From Tubiluchus corallicola (lineage: Eukaryota; Animalia; Priapulida), in NCBI GenBank assembly GCA_030141605.1, contig JAQGDQ010000293.1:124001-188000 (forward strand): DNA of 64,000 bases, written 5' to 3'. The notes beneath the pieces are model-generated. The model saw nothing but the letters and a program-made list of their open reading frames with translations, was not told where the DNA came from and searched no databases. The stretch's first letter is position 1; every line of letters begins with the position of its first letter. This document shows positions 55,335 to 64,000 of this stretch, piece after piece. Both the position numbers and the translations under genes were made by a program.

Positions 55335-55919
55335 AGCAAAACCGGACCGAATCTTAAACTGTAGGTCAAAACAATCTACTCTTTAAAATACTGAAAGCGA
55401 ACGCACTATTTTCTCAGAAATGACTTACGTGAAAGAATTATTACCACTCAAAAACAATTTCGCGGTCGCGCCATTAGTTCTTCGCTGTTACGTGTATTTC
55501 GCCATTCGCTAGTTAGATGGGCTCTAGCTTCTGCATTTCGGAAACACATTGCACAAAACAGGTGTTGTACCTTTCAGTTCAGATGTGTTAGTGTGCGATG
55601 AACTACACACGTTCGACAGCGGTAAATTTGAATTTTTATCTTAAAACTTACCGAGCTTTAGTACAACACACTGAATATCTTACAGGAGCACTGTACTTCA
55701 ATTTTCGCAAACACGTGCAACACGCTCATGGAGCATTTTTGCTGTTGAAAAGTATATTAGTTTGTGATGTCATCAATAGTTGGGCTCACCCGCTGTTAAT
55801 TAAGATTTTAATCTGTTATTTAATTATCAGAAACGCTTTTGCAGTATTGTTGGTGTTAAAATCTATACTTTTTAGCGGATTTCAAAATGAGATTGTATAT
55901 GAAATCATCCTGTCTTCCT
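55335..55919 (+). mobile_element. Kolobok-like MITE family A, near full length
   Basis: Intact TTAA TSDs (55331-34, 55920-23); AG...CT termini with imperfect TIR AGCAAAACCGGA / AGGAAGACAGGA. Confidence 0.9.
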
Positions 55920-55986
55920 TTAATGATTAATGAAAATTTAGAGAGACCCCAATAGTTAATGGGTGATACAAATTTTACGATTCATT

Positions 55987-56298
<312 letters not shown>

Positions 56299-56984
56299 GT
56301 GTAGAACTCGGACAAGTTGATGCTTTAGAATCAGACGGCCTAAAGGAATCATCAAGAAGTGGTTAAGGAGTGTAGCTAACTGTAATGACTTTCTATGAGG
56401 TTTTGCTTTATATTTCATTCTGTCTTTTGGGACCAAATGCTGCATTAAGATGATTCGCCCGGCATGCGCTTTGAAACCACTTTTTGTTACTGAGTAATCA
56501 GAATTCGTGTCGCGTGATTGGTAAATTAAAAAAACGGTCATTCTTTGGAAAGAACAAATGAGTCGCTTCGTAACCTCGCAGGCGATATGTTTCTTTAGAC
56601 AAGCGGAAAGCGCCTGTAATGAAGTTGTTATTGTTGGGATTATAGTCGCATTTCCAGGAATGGACAAGCATTTAGATTCGAAAAACTCTGCTGAGATAGT
56701 TCACGTGTCAGGGAAACACTAGTTCCTGTAATATCACTAGTTTTGAGATTAGTAGAAGAAAACGGCAAGAGTAAAGTCTTTTTCTAAGTATTTTGGTCTG
56801 CTTGTTTGTTACACTGACCTTTCCTATCAATTATTGATAGAGTGGTGATTTTAACAAGGTTTTTCTTAAATTCGCTGACAATTTGTTGACGACAAATAAT
56901 ATTATTTAAATTACACACATTCGAACATTATGTGTTTTGATTAAGTTACAATGCGTTTTGAAATAAGGTGAAACAAAATTAAGG

Positions 56985-57295
56985 AAGGTAAGGTAAGGTA
57001 AGGTAAGGTAAGGTAAGGTAAGGTAAAGTAAGGTAAGGTAAGGTAAGGTACGGTAAGGTAAGATAAGGTATGGTAAGGTAAAGCAAGATAGGACAAGGTA
57101 AGGTAAGGTAACGTAACGTAACGTAAGGTAAGGGTAACGTAACGTAAGGTAAGATAAGGTAAAGTAAGGTAAGGTGAGGTGAGGTGAGGTGAGGTGAGGT
57201 AAGGTAAGGTAAAAAGGTAAACTAAGGTAAGGTAAGGTAAGATAAGGTAAGGTAAGTAAAGGCAAGACAAGGTAAGGTAAGATAAAGTAAGGTAA
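56985..57295. repeat. (AGGTA)n pentanucleotide repeat with ACGTA/AGGTG variants
   Basis: Directly visible. Confidence 0.95.
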
Positions 57296-57899
57296 GACAT
57301 TGTAAAAATGGAAGGGAACAAAAATCACAGAAAGAAGATAAAAAGAAAGAGAGGAAAGAGAAGCGAATATAAAGAAAAAGAAGCGAAGAAAAGGAATGAA
57401 CAGGGAATGGACACGGGGGGGGGACAGCCTGCGTGTGATTTGGAGTAATGCGAGGTGTGACAAGATATAACTTAATTTAGATTCGCTGACATCTTAAAGA
57501 ACCATTAAGTAGCACAGAATGCAAGTAGAAAAGTATCTGTAATTTAAGTAATAGCATGTTTGTTGGCTTCGCTGCAGCGTCTTCCATCACGCATTTTCTA
57601 GGAACGCTGTCAACATTTGCTCGTCTGTTGCGCAAATTATACTGATATTTGCCACATAGTGTGACTTCTAGATGGCTATCTTGCCATAAGACTGATGGAT
57701 GTCTTCTTCTTGCCCAATCGGATAATAACTTTGTAATTTGGCTGAGTGCATTGCCCAGATTACGATGACCCGTGTCTTACACAAACAGCTAAATAATCGA
57801 AGGCTTTACCAATGTGACTGATTTTTAAACTAACAAATTTCTGCACCATATTTAGGCCTACACGGCCTCTGACATAATAGCAGATGTTAATGACAATGT

Positions 57900-59410
57900 G
57901 GCAACTATGTAGACGGTACTGTACATGTAAGCTAAGGCAACTATGTAGACGGTACTGTATATGTAAGCTAAGGCAATTATGTAGATGGTACTGTATATGT
58001 AAGCTAAGGCAACTGTGTAGACGGTACTGTATATGTAAGCTAAGGCAACTATGTAGACGGTACTGTATATGTAAGCTAAGGCAACTGTGTAGATGGTACT
58101 GTATATGTAAGCTAAGGCAACTATGTAGACGGTACTGTATATGTAAGCTAAGGCAACTATGTAGACGGTAAGGTATATGTAAGCTAAGGCAACTATGTAG
58201 ACGGTACTGTATATGTAAGCTAAGGCAACTATGTAGACGGTACTGTATATGTAAGCTAAGGCAACTATGTAGACGGTAGTGTATATGTAAGCTAAGGCAA
58301 CTATGTAGATGGTACTGCATATGTAAGCTAAGGCAACTATGTAGACGGTAGTGTATATGTAAGCTAAGGCAACTATGTAGACGGTAGTGTATATGTAAGC
58401 TAAGGCAACTATGTAGACGGTAGTGTATATGTAAGCTAAGGCAACTATGTAGACGGTAGTGTATATGTAAGCTAAGGCAACTATGTAGACGGTAGTGTAT
58501 ATGTAAGCTAAGGCAACTATGTAGACGGTAGTGTATATGTAAGCTAAGGCAACTATGTAGACGGTACTGTATATGTAAGCTAAGGCAACTATGTAGACGG
58601 TACTGTATATGTAAGCTAAGGCAACTATGTAGACGGTACTGTATATGTAAGCTAAGGCAACTATGTAGACGGTACTGTATATGTAAACTAAGGCAACTAT
58701 GTAGACGGTACTGTACATGTAAGCTAAGGCAACTATGTAGACGGTACTGTATATGTAAGCTAAGGCAACTATGTAGACGGTACTGTATATGTAAGCTAAG
58801 GCAACTATGTAGACGGTAGTGTATATGTAAGCTAAGGCAACTATGTAGACGGTAGTGTATATGTAAGCTTAGGCAACTATGTAGACGGTAGTGTATATGT
58901 AAGCTAAGGCAACTATGTAGACGGTACTGTATATGTAAGCTAAGGCAACTATGTAGACGGTACTGTATATGTAAACTAAGGCAACTATGTAGACGGTACT
59001 GTATATGTAAGCTAAGGCAACTATGTAGACGGTACTGTATATGTAAGCTAAGGCAACTATGTAGACGGTACTGTATATGTAAGCTAAGGCAACTATGTAG
59101 ACGGTACTGTATATGTAAGCTAAGGCAACTATGTAGACGGTACTGTATATGTAAGCTAAGGCAACTATGTAGACGGTACTGTATATGTAAGCTAAGGCAA
59201 CTATGTAGACGGTACTGTATATGTAAGCTAAGGCAACTATGTAGACGGTACTGTATATGTAAACTAAGGCAACTATGTAGACGGTACTGTACATGTAAGC
59301 TAAGGCAACTATGTAGACAGTACTGTATATGTAAGCTAAGGCAACTATGTAGACGGTACTGTATATGTAAGCTAAGGCAACTATGTAGACGCTACTGTAT
59401 ATGTAAGCTA
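57900..59410. repeat. 36-bp minisatellite, ~42 copies
   Basis: Unit gtaagctaaggcaactatgtagacggtactgtatat, head-to-tail with no spacers. Confidence 0.98.
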
Positions 59411-60115
59411 TGTAGTACGTATACCATTAATTTGATTTTGAAACTACGTTCTTAAAATTTTTGAAAGAAAAATGTACAGGCACATATATGTAAAACGTTC
59501 CTTGTTCAATTCCAGGCACCCCAAATTTTTCCTCCCATTCCGCATACTGAATATGTAGATCAAGACTCTTTGATGCACACAAATATCTAGGGTTCAGCTC
59601 TTATAGAACTTTAATTGCTAGTTAATTACTGAGACATCAGTAGTTTTTGTCTAAGGTTGCGTGTTACACGGTGCAAAGATACCAGGGCTCAGCATACTGT
59701 ATAAAGCATTGTTTATGAAACCATTCTGCCTTTTTAATTAACGAGATTCAAACGCTACTATCTAAACAACCAAAAGGTACAATTTTTGAAAGATCCTGGC
59801 ATTCACCAAAAATTAAAATCAAGGTAACGACCTTGTTATGGATAAGAATCAACAATTATTAAAAAAATAAATTAAAGGGATTTATTAATATTATTATAAG
59901 CTACTTTGCTGCACCAAAGGTAGAGCTTATTATAATTTTAATGCTTCTTTGTTCCCGTGATATCTTTTACTTCTCAATCTTAATGTTACTGTATATTTTT
60001 GTATTGTAAGTGTGAATTGTAATGTTTTTAATTTTTTGAATATTATCATTACTGGACCATTCTGTAAATAATTCTAAAGCTAGTGTTTATTTGCTATAAA
60101 TAAAGCTTTATTAAT

Positions 60116-60208
60116 ATGATGACGATGATGGTGATAACGATGATGACGACGATAATGATGACCATGGTGATGATGATGAAGACGACGATGAAGACGACGA
60201 TGAAGACA

Positions 60209-60245
<37 letters not shown>

Positions 60246-60305
60246 CGATGACGACGACGACGGTGATGATGACGATGTCGATAATAATGATGGTAATAAT
60301 ACCAA
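60116..60305. repeat. (GAT)/(GAC) microsatellite
   Basis: Directly visible. Confidence 0.9.
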
Positions 60306-60495
60306 TAACTGCGTCTTTAGAAGCACTTAAGTAAGTGGTCTTCAATACTTTTTGGGGTTTGGTAGGTCAAAGCTTACAACGATACCGACAGGCGACAGTT
60401 TTTACTGGCACAAACAACTTGGGCAATTAATTGCATTAGGAAATTTGTAGCCTTGTAGACTTAATGATCAGTTTCGTCTTCTTCTTTTTCTGCAG

Positions 60496-60709
60496 GAGCA
60501 TACTCACTGGGTGCAATTAACCCAGAATTGTACAAAGACCACGACGAAGATGATAATTTCAACAATTATCCAGAGGGGCACATTGGTCGACTGTGGTTTG
60601 CTCTAGAGTACGAACACGAGTCAGAGAAGCTTGTTATTACGCTTATAAAAGCAAAGAATCTTCCTAGTCGAGTGCACGGAAACATTAACGGCTGTGATCC
60701 CTACGTCAG
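60496..60709 (+). CDS. SYT15: Synaptotagmin-15-like, start of C2A domain
   Basis: ttctgcag acceptor and ag|gtatat donor. Encodes GAYSLGAINPELYKDHDEDDNFNNYPEGHIGRLWFALEYEHESEKLVITLIKAKNLPSRVHGNINGCDPYVR; GAINPELYK and GRLWF..EYE.E.E.L match SYT15 as recalled. Confidence 0.95.
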
Positions 60710-61594
60710 GTATATATGCTCCACAATATTCTAGGGATAGAAAGTCAAATCGTAGAACGGAGTTTTCAAGGTTTGTTTAATTTTTATCGAATTGAAACTA
60801 ACTTCCTTTTCCCCCTAAGCTATTATACGAAGTTCATACGCTAAAGTTTGTTCACAATTTTTTACAGTACTTGTATTTGTTCTGGTAAACTGCAGCTTGT
60901 ATTGATCGATCCCATTTACTTTTTGTTTGCCTTAGCATGGAACACGTGGCTATGACTATATCAACCAAATGACCCGCATTGTCCATAAGTTATATTGAAA
61001 CATTCTAACTCTTGCTGTGCGTCTTAGAAAGTCACAGTGTCTCTTTAACAATTCAACTTATATGAGTGCCTGACAACTCTTTTGGGGCGAATGATTGCAA
61101 AAACTAAGCTGTGAGTAAGTTCAAGTGAATATAACATCATCACGTTTCTGCCATCATGAGAAAAAGGCACTCCCTAATATGGCGTGAAAAGAAGTCAGTG
61201 ATAATTTAATTCAAATTCTCTCACAGTTATGCAGGTCTTGAACCTGTACTTCTTCGCTACAAGCAGTTATCCAAGAGCAACTACACCTATAATGAACTAT
61301 CGTACAGCAACTTCTCACCAGAATACGCCCCGTTTAATACCTTGGCTATTAAAGTGGTTGTATTACTAACTGTAAACGTTTCTTTTTAACAATTTTTATG
61401 CAAGGAAAATCAATGTTGCACGTTCCACGTTTAAAGCAAACAGAAAGTATATAACATCTACGACCATTATGTGTAATACACTAAAAGAAGCGCACATACT
61501 ATCGAACGACATTGACATGCAATTTATCTATTTAACTGCAACGTTTTTTGCATTTTGCCACTTAGTGACATCAATGTATGATTTACTTTTATTA

Positions 61595-61986
61595 ATAAGC
61601 TTATCACAGTTCCAGCGATTGATGATGATTGTGAAAAGGTCAAAGGTTAAGTGTACCAGACAACGTATTTGTGTACACTTGACAACGCCTCGCAATCCAT
61701 GCTACTGTAATAGTAACAGTTTTAACTGCTAGGTAGAACCTTACCTAGTTCATTTTTTCTTGCTTCCAAGCAAGATCCTGCTAGTAAATAAATCTATGCA
61801 CACATTAATACACAAAAAAGTAAAGTTCACGTAAAACAACTGAAGTTACTGAACTAATGCGAGAGAGCGCTTTGCTTTTGCCACACGTCACGTGACGGTT
61901 GTAGTTAAGACGCGTTACTGTGGTACACTTAACCTTTGACCTACAGCAACTGCGCATGCCCACAACAAAACTGTGAAAAGGCTTAT
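61595..61986. mobile_element. TA-flanked MITE with long imperfect inverted arms
   Basis: ataagcttatcacagtt...aactgtgaaaaggcttat; inner inverted match aggtcaaaggttaagtgtacca / tggtacacttaacctttgacct. Confidence 0.75.
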
Positions 61987-62103
61987 TACATAATTAGACA
62001 TTTAATGCAATATGTGGATTATAAAAGGACAAACTTAAATGGGATTTAATGCAATTATTAAAGTTATTCATAATCTTGTGTACAATGTACATAACTTTTC
62101 TAG

Positions 62104-62197
62104 GCTCTATCTGATGCCAGACGAAAGGAGGTACCTGCAATCAAAGCAAAAGCGCAAAACCTGCAATCCAAAGTTCGACGAGTCATTTGTCTTTCAG
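62104..62197 (+). CDS. SYT15: Synaptotagmin-15-like, C2A middle exon
   Basis: ttttctag acceptor and cag|gtaagc donor. LYLMPDERRYLQSKQKRKTCNPKFDESFVFQ closely resembles SYT15 [31 protein letters not shown]. Confidence 0.95.
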
Positions 62198-62493
62198 GTA
62201 AGCAGAAAGTCCTTAGTTCAAATCCAGGCTGCATCCCAAATTTTTCACATTTCCCGTCTTTCAAGTTTGGTATCAAACTTTAGTTAATTGTGGGTTTGTA
62301 ACATTATTAATAATAATCTTGACATTAAAATTTTAATAGTTAATTAATCACCCACAAAAATTTCTGGCTGAAAATTAACAAAAAATTATTCTGATTAGCT
62401 AGAATCCCCCTAATATAAGCGATCTAACATTGGAAATGCTAAATTTAGTTGTCTACTTGTAAGGGGAGAACTTGGACTGCCTTGACCACTAGG

Positions 62494-62610
62494 AGATGTT
62501 GTGGCCTAGTAGGCAAAGCATCTGCAATGCAAGCAGAATGTCGCTGGCTCACGTCCAGGCTGCATCCCACCTCACTCACATTTGCTGTCTTCGAAATTTG
62601 GCACCAAAAT
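62494..62610 (+). pseudogene. tRNA-derived element (Ala-TGC-like cloverleaf, degenerate T loop)
   Basis: A-box gtggcctagtagg, anticodon stem tctgc/gcaga around aatgcaa, T stem ctgg/ccag, acceptor gatgt/gcatc. The tail is shared with 62198-62285. Confidence 0.6.
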
Positions 62611-63476
62611 ATCACAAGTTGTGGAGTTTGTAACATGAAAAATATCGTGATAGAATAGCATCTCTCTCTCTCTCTTTATAAACTACAGCATTTTGTACAA
62701 ACGGGCTGTTAGTAAAGGGTCAAATTAAAAAATGGTTGATTTTACATTGAGTAGCTTCACGCAATATGGCCGACACAGTGCATTAAACAATGCATAAAAT
62801 AAACATAGGAAAATCTATGGTGATAAAACGTCTCAGCGACAATAAAGTGTTTATTATTCCCTAGAGTCAAAATCAAGTGTGCCGGGAATCTTTCGCGCAA
62901 CATAACAAAACATATTAAGTAATGTTCAAAGTGGATAGTAGTAGCGCTAGAAGTATATTGTACTTTGTAAGCGATATATTGTCCGACAGCAAAAAAGCTT
63001 GATCTTTGACATTCAGAATCTTTTGGTCAGAATGACAGCACAGATTTTCACCACCAGAAAATATGCAGTACGTAGAAATACAGAAAATACGGCATTTTCA
63101 ATTAACAACACGGTTCATCGCCAATTGAAATATCGTATCGCATTGTAACATTGTTATTTTCTGGTGATGAATTGTCTTGTCTTTGTCTTAAAAGAGTTAC
63201 CAGTGTTTAGCTCCAAGACTTAACAAGGTTCACCTGGTTGCTCCCTGTTGGAAAGTAGAGTAGCCGATTGAGACAAAACCTGAAATTCATAAACTTGATT
63301 TCTCATTCATTTATATGTATTGTTTTTTCTGTACCTTTTGTTTCCTGTTGACTTGTGCAATTATTTTTGTGCACAAACCAATAGATGGATTTTATTAGAA
63401 TGATCAATGCATTTATAAATTTTTATAATGAAGTTTAGTATAGTGACAGTTTTGTATTTTGGCTCTTAATTTGCAG

Positions 63477-63647
63477 ATATCCATAAGAGCCTTTGAAGAA
63501 AGGACACTGAAGTTGAGTGTGTTCGATGTTGACCGACACAAGAAGCACAATGCCATTGGTCACGTATTCTATCAGTTGCGTGACCTTGACCTGACCACTG
63601 AAGGACGGGCAATAATCAAACGTGATTTAGACAAGGAGGTCAATGAG
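63477..63647 (+). CDS. SYT15: Synaptotagmin-15-like, C2A end exon
   Basis: tttgcag acceptor and gag|gtatgt donor, 57 codons, phase 0/0: ISIRAFEERTLKLSVFDVDRHKKHNAIGHVFYQLRDLDLTTEGRAIIKRDLDKEVNE. Confidence 0.95.
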
Positions 63648-64000
63648 GTATGTTCTCAACCTATTGTCACACGGTACAGCTATGCTCATATGATCGTATC
63701 TTGACGAATGATTCCAGTGATTTACCAAAAGTGTGGTCACAATTTTTCTACGATGATAACATCGTCAGACAAGTTGCAATTTTTATCTGTGGTCATCGAG
63801 AATCGGAGAGAAAACACACGCCAAGCTTTCTTTGTCTTATTAGGCATCTAGTTTTAGGCAGCAAGTCACAGCTGTTCATAACGAATAACTCAACGGCTGT
63901 AATACGTAGAGAGGTTGAGACTGCCATGACATGGTTAAGTAAGCTGGAATTATTTAAGGCCCTGATGTGAAACTTAAGACAAATTGCTCTGTCACATAAA

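Noticed and set aside
57900-59410. CRISPR-like array (36-bp period)
   Set aside because: Units are contiguous with no unique spacers, there are no cas genes, and the context is a eukaryotic intron.
59516-59590. Extra SYT15 exon after ttccag
   Set aside because: The required phase-1 frame stops after 11 codons with no donor before it.
62494-62569. Functional tRNA-Ala gene
   Set aside because: T loop lacks TTC, the anticodon loop lacks U33, and the tail is shared with other repeat copies.

Overview
AT-rich, repeat-dense animal (probably invertebrate) genomic DNA; no prokaryotic features. The window carries most of one large + strand spliced gene, a synaptotagmin-15 (SYT15) homologue. It has a transmembrane exon (18668-18845), a ~30.5 kb intron, a linker exon (49380-49552) and three C2A exons (60496-60709, 62104-62197, 63477-63647), all with GT-AG ends and consistent phases. 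The first coding exon was not located and C2B lies beyond the window. The rest is intronic or intergenic DNA filled with TTAA-flanked Kolobok-like MITEs (3 families), hAT elements, Mutator-like MITEs, LINE fragments (RTE, L2, CR1-group), tRNA-derived elements, a 5S-headed RTE-type SINE, minisatellites and compound microsatellites. Almost all ORFs in the supplied track are repeat artefacts. Best leads: a phase-compatible alternative first exon (33578-33696) predicting a TM-less SYT15 isoform, the 5S/RTE SINE, a fold-back built from a reverse transcriptase fragment, and a tRNA-derived element starting exactly at a splice donor. I found no compelling wholly new biological system. All family assignments come from recalled motifs, not database searches.
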